64,000 bases of DNA from Alphaproteobacteria bacterium (GTDB lineage Bacteria > Pseudomonadota > Alphaproteobacteria > MPNO01), in the NCBI GenBank assembly GCA_964291675.2, contig OZ219866.1, positions 320,001-384,000 of the forward strand, given 5' to 3'. Shown here piece by piece: positions 37,431 to 46,438 of this stretch (the stretch's first letter is position 1; every line of letters begins with the position of its first letter). Under the pieces are notes generated by a model, which did not search any database, was not told the origin of the DNA, and saw only the letters and a program-made list of their open reading frames with translations. Position numbers and translations under genes: made by a program.

Positions 37431-37790
37431 TTGGTGGATTTCGTCGGCCTCTACAACTACTGGATCGTCGTCTTCCTGATGATGGCGGGGCTCTATCTCG
37501 TCATCGAGCACGGCAATTTGGTCAAGAAGATGGTGGGGCTCACCGTGTTCCAGGCCGCCGTCTTCGTGCTCTACATCACCCTCGGCAAGGTCCGGGACGG
37601 CACCGCGCCGATCGTCGCCGAGGGGATCGAGATCTACTCCAACCCGCTGCCGCATGTGCTGATCCTGACCGCGATCGTGGTCGGCGTGGCGACGCTCGCG
37701 CTCGGCCTCGCGCTGGTGGTGCGCATCCGCGAGGCCTACGGCACCATCGAGGAGGACGAGATCGGCGACCAGGACGGGCCGGCGATATGA
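37431..37790 (+). CDS. mnhC: Na+/H+ antiporter subunit C
   Basis: 'NPLPHVLILTAIVVG'. Confidence 0.92.
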   Translation: MVDFVGLYNYWIVVFLMMAGLYLVIEHGNLVKKMVGLTVFQAAVFVLYITLGKVRDGTAPIVAEGIEIYSNPLPHVLILTAIVVGVATLALGLALVVRIREAYGTIEEDEIGDQDGPAI

Positions 37791-39262
37791 CGGCCCACCT
37801 GCCCGCCCTCCAGGTCGTGCTCACGCTGCTGGCGGCGCCCGCCTGCATCCTGGTGCGGGGGCGCGACCTCGCCTTCTTCCTCGCCCTGTCGACGACCTGG
37901 GCGGCCTTCGCGGTGTCCTGCCTGCTGCTGGACCAGGTGTTGGTAGAGGGCGTCATCAGCTACGAGCTCGGCGGCTGGGCCGCGCCGTTCGGCATCGAGT
38001 ACCGGGTCGACGCGCTCAACGCCTTCGTGCTGCTGATCGTCAGCGGAATCGGCGCGGTGGTCCTTCCCTTCACCCCGCGCAGCCTGCTGATCGAGATGGT
38101 GGGCGAGAAGGCCTATCTGTTCTACTGCGCCTTCCTGCTCTGCGTGACCGGGCTGCTCGGCGTCGCGATCACCGGCGATGCGTTCAACCTGTTCGTCTTC
38201 CTGGAGATCTCCTCGCTCGCCTCCTGCATCCTGATCAGCCTCGGGCCGCACCGCCGGGCGCTCACCGCCGCCTTCCAGTATTTGATCGTCGGCACCATCG
38301 GGGCGACCTTCATCGTCATCGGCATCGGGCTGATCTACGGCGCGACCGGCACGCTCAACATGAACGACATCGCCGAGCGCCTGCCGGAGACCGGCTACAA
38401 CCGGACGGTGATCGCCGCCTTCGCCTTCCTGATCGTCGGCGCGGCGATCAAGCTCGCCCTGTTCCCGCTGCATTTCTGGCTGCCCAAGGCCTACACCTAC
38501 GCGCCGTCCACGGTCAGCGCCTTCCTCGCCGCGACCGCGACCAAGGTGGGCGTCTATGTCCTGATCCGCTTCCTGTTCACCGTCTTCGGCGTAAAATTCT
38601 CTTTCGACATCCTGCCCACCGCGCTGCCGCTGATGGTGCTCGCGGTGCTCGCCATGTTCGTCGCCTCGACGATCGCGATCTTCCAGGACAGCGTGAAGCG
38701 CATGCTCGCCTATTCGAGCGTCGCCCAGATCGGCTACATGGTGCTGGGCTTGAGCCTGGTGACGGTGGACGGGCTCACCGCCTCGATAATCCACCTGTTC
38801 AACCACGCGCTGATGAAGGGCGCGCTGTTCCTCGCCATCGGCTGCATCGCCTACCGCCAGGCCTCGTTCCGGATCGAGGATTTCGCCGGCATGGGCAGGC
38901 GCATGCCGTGGACCATGGCGGCGTTCGCGGCCGGCGGGCTCAGCCTGATCGGGATCCCGCTGACCGCGGGCTTCATCTCCAAGTGGTACCTGATCCTCGC
39001 CGCGCTCGCCGCCGGCGAGCCGTTGATCGCCGCGCTGATCGTGATCTCCTCGCTGCTCGCGGTGGTCTATGTCTGGCGCGTGGTGGAGGCGGCCTATTTC
39101 CGCGCGCCCCCGCCCGATGCGCCCACCGGCGAGGCGCCGGCGGCGCTGCTCGTCCCGACCTGGCTGCTGATCGCGCTCAATTTCTATTTCGGCATCGAGA
39201 CCTCGCTCCCCGTCGGCGTCGCCGAACACGCCGCGCGGGCGCTGATGGGGGCGGGGCCGTGA
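37787..39262 (+). CDS. mnhD: Na+/H+ antiporter subunit D
   Basis: 'DAFNLFVFLEI', 'KLALFPLHFWLP.AY' and 'KRMLAYSS'. Confidence 0.92.
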   Translation: MTAHLPALQVVLTLLAAPACILVRGRDLAFFLALSTTWAAFAVSCLLLDQVLVEGVISYELGGWAAPFGIEYRVDALNAFVLLIVSGIGAVVLPFTPRSLLIEMVGEKAYLFYCAFLLCVTGLLGVAITGDAFNLFVFLEISSLASCILISLGPHRRALTAAFQYLIVGTIGATFIVIGIGLIYGATGTLNMNDIAERLPETGYNRTVIAAFAFLIVGAAIKLALFPLHFWLPKAYTYAPSTVSAFLAATATKVGVYVLIRFLFTVFGVKFSFDILPTALPLMVLAVLAMFVASTIAIFQDSVKRMLAYSSVAQIGYMVLGLSLVTVDGLTASIIHLFNHALMKGALFLAIGCIAYRQASFRIEDFAGMGRRMPWTMAAFAAGGLSLIGIPLTAGFISKWYLILAALAAGEPLIAALIVISSLLAVVYVWRVVEAAYFRAPPPDAPTGEAPAALLVPTWLLIALNFYFGIETSLPVGVAEHAARALMGAGP

Positions 39263-40779
39263 GCGTTCCCCTCGCCATGGCGGTGGCCCTGCTCGGCCCG
39301 CTCGCTGGCGCGGTGCTGATCGCGCTGTTCGGGCGGCGGCCGAACCTGCGCGACGGCGCGATGATCGCCGCCTCGGTCGTCACCTTCCTCGCGGTATACC
39401 GCATCCTTCCGGCGGTCGAGGCGGGCGGCAGGCCGGAGCTGTTCTTGTTCGACTTCGTGCCGGGGCTCGGCCTCCGCTTCGTGGTCGAGCCGCTCGGCAT
39501 GCTGTTTGCGCTGGTCGCCTCGTTCCTCTGGATCGTCACCGCGTTCTACGCCATCGGCTACATGCGGGGGCACCACGAGGAGAACCAGACCCGGTTCTAT
39601 GTCTGTTTCGCGATCGCCATCTCGGCGGCGCTCGGCGTCGCCATGTCGGGCAACATGCTGACGCTGTTCATCGCCTACGAGGTGCTGACGCTCTCCACCT
39701 ACCCGCTGGTCACCCACCACCAGTCGCCGGAATCGATGCGCGCCGGGCGTACCTATCTCGGCATCCTGCTGTCGACCTCGATCGGGCTCCAGCTTGTCGG
39801 CATCGTCTGGACCTACGGGGCGGCCGGCACGCTCGACTTCACGCCCGGCGGCATCCTCGCCGGCAAGGTCGAGGGCTGGGCGCTGATCCTGCTGCTGTTC
39901 CTCTACATGTACGGCATCGGCAAGGCGGCGCTGATGCCGATCCACCGCTGGCTGCCGGCGGCGATGGTGGCGCCGACGCCGGTCAGCGCGCTGCTGCACG
40001 CCGTCGCCGTGGTCAAGGCCGGCGTGTTCACCGTGCTCAAGGTCGCGATCTACATCTTCGGCGTCGACTATCTCAGCGAGACCGGGGCGAGCACCTGGCT
40101 GATGTATGTCGCGGGCGCCACCATCGTCATCGCCTCGCTGGTCGCGCTGACCAAGGACAACCTCAAGGCCCGGCTCGCCTACTCGACGGTGAGCCAGCTC
40201 AGCTACGTGGTGCTCGGCGCGGCGCTGGCGACGAGCTGGAGCGTGGTCGGCGGGGCGATGCATATCGCCATGCACGCCTTCGGCAAGATCACGCTGTTCT
40301 TCTGCGCCGGCGCGATCATGGTGGCGGCGCACAAGACCGAGATCAGCGACATGGGCGGGCTCGGGCGGCGCATGCCGTTCACCTTCGCCGCCTTCGCCAT
40401 CGGCGCGCTCAGCGTCACCGGGCTGCCGCCGCTCGGTGGCGCGTGGAGCAAGTGGTATCTCGGCCTCGGCGCGGCGGATGCCGAGCAGCTGATCTTCGTC
40501 GCCGTGCTGATGATCTCGTCGCTCTTGAACGTCGCCTATCTGATCCCGGTCGCCGCGCGCGGCTTCGTCTCGCTCAGGCGCGAGGGAGAGCCCGCTCCGC
40601 TCCCGGCGGGCGCCGCGGTCGCGCCGGGGCACGGCGAGCATGACGACGAAGGCGGCGGCATCAGGGAGGCGCCGATGTTCTGCGTCGTGCCGCTCTGCCT
40701 GACCGCGATCGGCTGCCTGGTGCTGTTCTTCGCGGCCGACGACATCGCCGCCTTCCTCGCCCCCATCGCCGAACGCTGA
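39259..40779 (+). CDS. MnhD/MnhA-like proton-translocating subunit
   Basis: 'KAALMPIHRWLPAAMVAPTPVSALLHAVAVVKAG' and 'LAYSTVSQ'. Confidence 0.9.
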   Translation: MSVPLAMAVALLGPLAGAVLIALFGRRPNLRDGAMIAASVVTFLAVYRILPAVEAGGRPELFLFDFVPGLGLRFVVEPLGMLFALVASFLWIVTAFYAIGYMRGHHEENQTRFYVCFAIAISAALGVAMSGNMLTLFIAYEVLTLSTYPLVTHHQSPESMRAGRTYLGILLSTSIGLQLVGIVWTYGAAGTLDFTPGGILAGKVEGWALILLLFLYMYGIGKAALMPIHRWLPAAMVAPTPVSALLHAVAVVKAGVFTVLKVAIYIFGVDYLSETGASTWLMYVAGATIVIASLVALTKDNLKARLAYSTVSQLSYVVLGAALATSWSVVGGAMHIAMHAFGKITLFFCAGAIMVAAHKTEISDMGGLGRRMPFTFAAFAIGALSVTGLPPLGGAWSKWYLGLGAADAEQLIFVAVLMISSLLNVAYLIPVAARGFVSLRREGEPAPLPAGAAVAPGHGEHDDEGGGIREAPMFCVVPLCLTAIGCLVLFFAADDIAAFLAPIAER

Positions 40780-40789
40780 GACCCGGGCG

Positions 40790-41056
40790 ATGGCCGAGAG
40801 CAGGAGACCCGAAGGCGAACGCGAATACTGGCTCGACCGCCCGGGCAGCGTGACCAAGGTGTTCTGGGCGGTGGTCGGCGTCTGTGCGGCGCTCGGGCTG
40901 CTCGACTTCTTCTACCACAAGCATGCCGAGCTCGGCTTCGACGGGTCGTTCGGGTTCCAGGGATGGTACGGCTTCGTCTGCTGCGTGTTCCTGGTGCTGG
41001 CCGCCAAGGAGCTCAGGAAGCTCCTGAAGCGGGACGAGGACTACTATGATCGTTAG
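40790..41056 (+). CDS. small membrane protein of the mnh cluster
   Basis: Two TM segments; ends 'KRDEDYYDR*'; the stop codon is completed by the MITE end. Confidence 0.8.
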   Translation: MAESRRPEGEREYWLDRPGSVTKVFWAVVGVCAALGLLDFFYHKHAELGFDGSFGFQGWYGFVCCVFLVLAAKELRKLLKRDEDYYDR

Positions 41057-41240
41057 CCTGCATTTCGCACCAGGGTCACGGCCTGCGTCGCGCCCGGGCG
41101 CGACCCTTCGGGCGGCGCTGTCCGGCCGACAGGGTGCGTCGAGGCGCTTGCCCGATGTCCCCGCATCGCGCTGCGCGCCTCTCCTGCCCTGTCGGCCGGA
41201 CAGCGCCGCGCAGGCCATGACCCTGGTGCGAAATGCAGGC
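41056..41240. mobile_element. MITE, 185 bp, with TA target duplication
   Basis: Terminal IR GCCTGCATTTCGCACCAGGGTCAyGGCCTGCG with one mismatch, an inner 23-bp IR, and flanking TA at 41054-55 and 41241-42. Confidence 0.88.
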
Positions 41241-42924
41241 TAACCTCCCGCCCGGCCTCCTGCTGATCGTGGCCGCGCTGGCGATCCCCATCCTGCCGGA
41301 CGTGGCGCGCCGCGCCTGGACGGTCGCGGTGCCGGCGGCGGGGCTCTGGGCGCTGATCGTGATCGAGCCCGGCAGCTATCTCGCCTTCACCTGGTTCGGC
41401 GCCGAGTTCGTGCCGGTCCGCGTCGACAAGCTCAGCCTGGTCTTCGGCTACATCTTCCACATCGCCGCGATCGTCGCCGCGATCTACGCGCTGCACGTGC
41501 GCGATACCGTCCAGCACATGGCGGGGATGGTCTATGCCGGGAGCGGCATCGGCGCGGTCTTCGCCGGCGACCTGGTGACGCTCTTCGTCTATTGGGAGGC
41601 GATGGCGATCGCCTCGGTGTTCCTGGTCTGGGCGCGCGGCGGCGAGACCGCCTACCGCTCCGGCATGCGCTATCTGATCGTCCAGATCGCCTCGGGCGTG
41701 CTGCTGCTGTCGGGCGCCATCCTGCAGGCCGAGCAGACCGGCTCGATCGCCTTCGACCGCATGGCGCTCGGCAACCTCGCGACCTGGCTGATCTTTCTCG
41801 CCTTCGGCATCAAATGCGCCTTCCCGTTCCTGCACAACTGGCTGCAGGACGCCTACCCCGAGGCGACGGTGACGGGGACGGTGTTCCTGAGCGCCTTCAC
41901 CACCAAGGCGGCCGTCTACGCGCTCGCCCGCGGCTTCCCGGGCACCGAGATGCTGATCTTCGTCGGCGCGGCGATGACCGCCTTCCCGATCTTTTATGCG
42001 GTGATCGAGAACGACCTGCGCCGGGTGCTGGCCTACAGCCTCAACAACCAGCTCGGCTTCATGGTGGTGGGCGTCGGTATCGGCACGCCGATGGCGCTCA
42101 ACGGCGCGGCGGGACACGCCTTCGCCCACATCCTCTACAAGGCGCTGCTCTTCATGTCGATGGGGGCGGTGCTCTACCGCGTCGGCACGATCAAGGGGTC
42201 CGAGCTCGGCGGTCTCTACAAGTCGATGCCGCTCACCACCGTGTTCTGCATCGTCGGCGCCGCCTCGATCTCCGCCTTCCCGCTGTTCTCGGGCTTCATC
42301 GCCAAGGCGCTGACGCTGTCGGCGGTCGCCTATGAGGGTTACGTGGTCGTCTGGCTGATCCTGATGTTCGCCTCGGCGGGCGTGTTCCACCACTCGGGCA
42401 TCAAGATCCCCTATTTCGCCTTCTTCGCGCACGATTCCGGCAAGCGCTGCAAGGAGGCCCCGCTCAACATGCTGGTCGCGATGGGGATCGCGGCGTTCCT
42501 CTGCATCGCGCTCGGGGTGTGGTCGCCGGCGCTGTATTCGATCCTGCCCTACGACGTCGACTACGAGCCCTACACGCCGACCCACGTGATCGGCCAGCTG
42601 CAGCTCCTGATGTTCTCGGCGCTCGCCTTTGCGGTGCTGATCCGCTACCGCATCTACCCGCCGGAGCTCAAATCGACCAATCTCGATTTCGACTGGGTCT
42701 ACCGCAGGGGCGTCCCGGCGCTGATCGCCGCCGTCTGGCCCGCCCTCTGGGCGGCCTGGCGGGGCCTGCTGGGGGCGCTCCAGGGCGGGCTCAGGCTCGG
42801 CATCGACGCGGTGATGCGCCTGACCGGACCCGAGGGCACGCTGGCGCGCACCTGGCCGCTCGGCTCGACCACGCTCTGGGTCGCGGTGCTGCTCGGCGGC
42901 TTCCTGCTGATCTACTATCTGTAG
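41233..42924 (+). CDS. Na+/H+ antiporter subunit D-like protein
   Basis: 'GDLVTLFVYWE', 'LHNWLQDAYPEAT' and 'RRVLAYS'; the ATG lies within the MITE TIR. Confidence 0.9.
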   Translation: MQANLPPGLLLIVAALAIPILPDVARRAWTVAVPAAGLWALIVIEPGSYLAFTWFGAEFVPVRVDKLSLVFGYIFHIAAIVAAIYALHVRDTVQHMAGMVYAGSGIGAVFAGDLVTLFVYWEAMAIASVFLVWARGGETAYRSGMRYLIVQIASGVLLLSGAILQAEQTGSIAFDRMALGNLATWLIFLAFGIKCAFPFLHNWLQDAYPEATVTGTVFLSAFTTKAAVYALARGFPGTEMLIFVGAAMTAFPIFYAVIENDLRRVLAYSLNNQLGFMVVGVGIGTPMALNGAAGHAFAHILYKALLFMSMGAVLYRVGTIKGSELGGLYKSMPLTTVFCIVGAASISAFPLFSGFIAKALTLSAVAYEGYVVVWLILMFASAGVFHHSGIKIPYFAFFAHDSGKRCKEAPLNMLVAMGIAAFLCIALGVWSPALYSILPYDVDYEPYTPTHVIGQLQLLMFSALAFAVLIRYRIYPPELKSTNLDFDWVYRRGVPALIAAVWPALWAAWRGLLGALQGGLRLGIDAVMRLTGPEGTLARTWPLGSTTLWVAVLLGGFLLIYYL

Positions 42925-42980
42925 GGGCCGAGTGCCGTCACGCTGAGACGCCCGCCGACACCGGTGCGGTGACGGAGGGC

Positions 42981-43029
42981 TGTAAGGCAGTGCTTGACAT
43001 TTGGACCGCGGACCTACACCCTGCCGCAG
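42981..43029 (+). promoter_or_regulatory. higBA promoter with overlapping operator palindrome
   Basis: Imperfect dyad TGTAAGGCA-G-TGCTTGACA overlaps TTGACA; CACCCT lies 17 bp later; no RBS before the GTG (possibly leaderless). Confidence 0.55.
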
Positions 43030-43310
43030 TGATCGCAAGCATTCGCCACAAGGGGCTACGGGAATACTGGACCGGTGGACGAGCGAGGGGTCTCAACGCG
43101 GCGTGGATACGGAGGTTGAGGCGTATTTTGTCGGCGCTCGAAGCGGCCGAAAGGCCCGAAGAAATGAACTATCCGGGGTCGTACTTCCACCCTCTGAAAG
43201 GCGACAGGGCAGGTCGCTACGCCGTTCGGCTGACCGCCAACTATCGCGTGACCTTCGGCTGGGACGAGGACGGGGCGGTGGACGTGGACATTGAGGACTA
43301 TCACCGATGA
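43029..43310 (+). CDS. higB: HigB/RelE-type toxin
   Basis: 'IASIRHKGL', 'FHPLKGDRAG.YAV.LTANYRVTF' and 'DIEDYH'. Confidence 0.92.
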   Translation: MIASIRHKGLREYWTGGRARGLNAAWIRRLRRILSALEAAERPEEMNYPGSYFHPLKGDRAGRYAVRLTANYRVTFGWDEDGAVDVDIEDYHR

Positions 43311-43606
43311 TCGACAGGCACCCCTCCATAGTGCCGGCCCATCCCGGGGAAATCCTGCGCGAGGACATCCTGCCGGCGATTTCGATGAGCAAGACGGCGG
43401 CGGCGGAAGCGCTCGGGATATCCCGGCAGACGCTTTACGACATTCTCAACGAGAAGCAGCCGGTCAGTGCCGGGATGGCGGTTCGCCTCGGCAAGCTGTT
43501 CGGCAATGGCGCCCGCTTCTGGATCGATCTGCAACGCAACCACGACCTGGCGGTTGCCGAGCGGAGCGTGGACGTGTCGCGGATACCGACCCTCGCCCGC
43601 GTTTGA
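43307..43606 (+). CDS. higA: HigA antitoxin
   Basis: 'HPGEILREDIL', HTH and 'MAVRLGKLFG...FW..LQ'. Confidence 0.93.
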   Translation: MIDRHPSIVPAHPGEILREDILPAISMSKTAAAEALGISRQTLYDILNEKQPVSAGMAVRLGKLFGNGARFWIDLQRNHDLAVAERSVDVSRIPTLARV

Positions 43607-43661
43607 CTCGCCCGGCCCGGCGGCTACTTCTCCTCGGAGCGAGGGGTCCGGTTATTTCACC

Positions 43662-44876
43662 ATGACGGCATTCTGGCGCACGCCGCTATTCGTGCTCTGC
43701 GGCACCGTGGCGATCCTGCTGATCGCCAACGGCTCGCGGCAGAATTTCGGCCTTTTCCTGGAGCCGATCAGCACCGACCTCAACTGGGGCCGGGCCGAGT
43801 TCTCGCTCGCCATCGCGATCCAGAACATCGTCATGGGGCTCGCCGCGCCGTTCGTCGCTGCGGTCGCCGACCGGTGGGGGCCGATCAAGGTGATGGCGGC
43901 CTCGGGGGCGTTCTACGCCTTCGGGGTCTACATGATCTCGATCTCGGGCACGCCGGAGACGATGACGGTGAGCGCGGGGCTGCTGGTCGGCATCGGCGCA
44001 TCGGGGATCGGCTTCACCCTGCCGCTCGCCCTGGTCGGCCGGGTCGCCCCGGAGCAGGCGAGGAGCCTCTGGCTCGGCATCGTCACCGCCGGCGGCTCGG
44101 TCGGGCAGTTCGTCTTCGCACCGGTCAGCCAGGGGTTGATCTCGGGGCTCGGCTGGTCGGACGCCATCGTGGTGCTCGCCATCGTCATCGCCTTCACCGT
44201 GCCGCTCACCCTGGCGCTCCGCGCCGGGGCGGAGAAAGCGCTCTCCCAGCCGGCGCCGCAGAGCCTCGGCGCGGCGCTCGGCGAGGCCGGCGGGCATCGC
44301 GGCTACTGGCTGCTGGTGACGGGCTTCTTCGTCTGCGGCTTCCAGGTGCAGTTCATCGGCACCCATCTGCCGGGCTTCATCACCGATTCCGGCCAGTCGG
44401 CCTGGATCGCGGCATGGGCGCTCGCCCTGATCGGCGGGTTCAACCTGGTGGGCACGCTGACCGCGGGCTGGCTGGGCGGGCTGTACCGCAAGAAATACCT
44501 CCTGAGCCTGCTCTATCTGCTGCGCGCCCTGCTCTTCTTCGTCTTCATCCAGATTCCGGTCAGCGAGACCTCGGTGCTGGTCTTCGCCGCCATCATGGGC
44601 CTGCTCTGGCTGTCCACCGTGCCGCTGACCAGCGGCATCGTCGCCCAGATCTTCGGCCCGCGCTACATGGCGACGCTGTTCTCCATCGTCTTCCTGTCGC
44701 ACCAGCTCGGCAGCTTCTGCGGGGTGTGGCTGGGCGGCGTGTTCTACGACCGGACCGGCAGCTACGACGCCGCCTGGTGGCTCGCCATCGCGCTCGGCGT
44801 CGCCGCGGCGCTGATCCACTGGCCGATCGACGACAAGCCGGTCGAGCGGACGGCGGCCGAGCCGGCCGCATTGTAG
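43662..44876 (+). CDS. MFS transporter
   Basis: 12 TM segments; 'ADRWG', 'GFFVCGFQ' and 'HQLGSF.G'. Confidence 0.92.
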   Translation: MTAFWRTPLFVLCGTVAILLIANGSRQNFGLFLEPISTDLNWGRAEFSLAIAIQNIVMGLAAPFVAAVADRWGPIKVMAASGAFYAFGVYMISISGTPETMTVSAGLLVGIGASGIGFTLPLALVGRVAPEQARSLWLGIVTAGGSVGQFVFAPVSQGLISGLGWSDAIVVLAIVIAFTVPLTLALRAGAEKALSQPAPQSLGAALGEAGGHRGYWLLVTGFFVCGFQVQFIGTHLPGFITDSGQSAWIAAWALALIGGFNLVGTLTAGWLGGLYRKKYLLSLLYLLRALLFFVFIQIPVSETSVLVFAAIMGLLWLSTVPLTSGIVAQIFGPRYMATLFSIVFLSHQLGSFCGVWLGGVFYDRTGSYDAAWWLAIALGVAAALIHWPIDDKPVERTAAEPAAL

Positions 44877-44909
44877 CGCGGCGCCGAATTTCGCGCTAAA
44901 GTAGCCGGC

Positions 44910-45113
44910 ATGAGCGAAGCCGTCGACTTCGCCACCCTCGGCGTGGGGATCGCGATCCTCGCCTTCCTGTGGAACCTGCACCGGGACTTCACGACCCTCC
45001 AGCGGGAATTCTCCAGCCTGCGCGAACGGATCGCCGGGCTGGAGGGCGCGGTCGAGCTGTTGACCAGGTTCCTGATCGACCGCGAGCGGGAGCGCCCGGC
45101 AACCGGACGATAG
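44910..45113 (+). CDS. small protein with N-terminal TM helix and coiled coil
   Basis: Hydrophobic N-terminus followed by the heptad-like 'LQREFSSLRERIAGLEGAV'. Confidence 0.7.
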   Translation: MSEAVDFATLGVGIAILAFLWNLHRDFTTLQREFSSLRERIAGLEGAVELLTRFLIDRERERPATGR

Positions 45114-45210
45114 CGCGCCCCCGGCGGGTCGCCCGGCCGGGACCTCGCTTGCCGGTCCCCGGGCAACCGGCTAGGTTGCGGCACGGCCGCAACAGGCGCT
45201 GGAGGCAGCC

Positions 45211-45783
45211 ATGGAGATGACCGGCGAGCGGCGGATCCCGGCCTCGCGACAGACGGTGTGGGACGCGCTCAACGACCCCGAGATCCTGAAGCAGTGCATC
45301 GCGGGCTGCGAGGAGCTGGAGAAGACCTCCGACACCGCGTTCTCGGCCAGGGTGACCTCCAAGGTGGGCCCGGTCACCGCGAAGTTCACCGGCAAGGTTG
45401 AGCTCTCCGACGTGGATGCGCCCAACGGCTACACCATCTCGGGCGAGGGCCAGGGCGGGGTCGCCGGCTTCGCCAAGGGCGGCGCCAAGGTGAGCCTCGC
45501 CGATGACGGCGACGGCACGCTGCTGACCTACGAGGCGACCGGAACCGTCGGCGGCAAGCTCGCCCAGATCGGCTCCCGGCTGATCGACTCCACCGCGCGC
45601 AAGATGGCCGACGACTTCTTCGACAAGTTCGCCGAGGCGGTCGGCGGGGCGGTGGAAGAGCCCGCCGAGGAGCCGCCGGAAGCGCCCGCGCCGGCGGCGA
45701 AATCCGAGGGGCTGAGCCCCGCGGTGTGGATCGGCGGGCTGGTCGCGATCGCCGTTATCGTGCTCGTCATCGTGCTGAGCTGA
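45211..45783 (+). CDS. coxG: CoxG accessory protein
   Basis: '[17 protein letters not shown]' and '[12 protein letters not shown]'; C-terminal TM anchor. Confidence 0.92.
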   Translation: MEMTGERRIPASRQTVWDALNDPEILKQCIAGCEELEKTSDTAFSARVTSKVGPVTAKFTGKVELSDVDAPNGYTISGEGQGGVAGFAKGGAKVSLADDGDGTLLTYEATGTVGGKLAQIGSRLIDSTARKMADDFFDKFAEAVGGAVEEPAEEPPEAPAPAAKSEGLSPAVWIGGLVAIAVIVLVIVLS

Positions 45784-45937
45784 CGCCCCGCCGCGCCTTG
45801 ACCCGCCCGGGTTCGGGCGGGATACTGCGGCGCGAAGAAATCGCGAGCGAAACCCTTCCCGCAACGGGTTCGTTCGGCTCGATTACCGCCTCGTTCAGCG
45901 CGCGGGGCGGCTCCGGTTGGCTCAAGGAGGGTCACAG

Positions 45938-46414
<477 letters not shown>

Positions 46415-46438
46415 CGACCTTGACCCGGGAGGCAAGAC

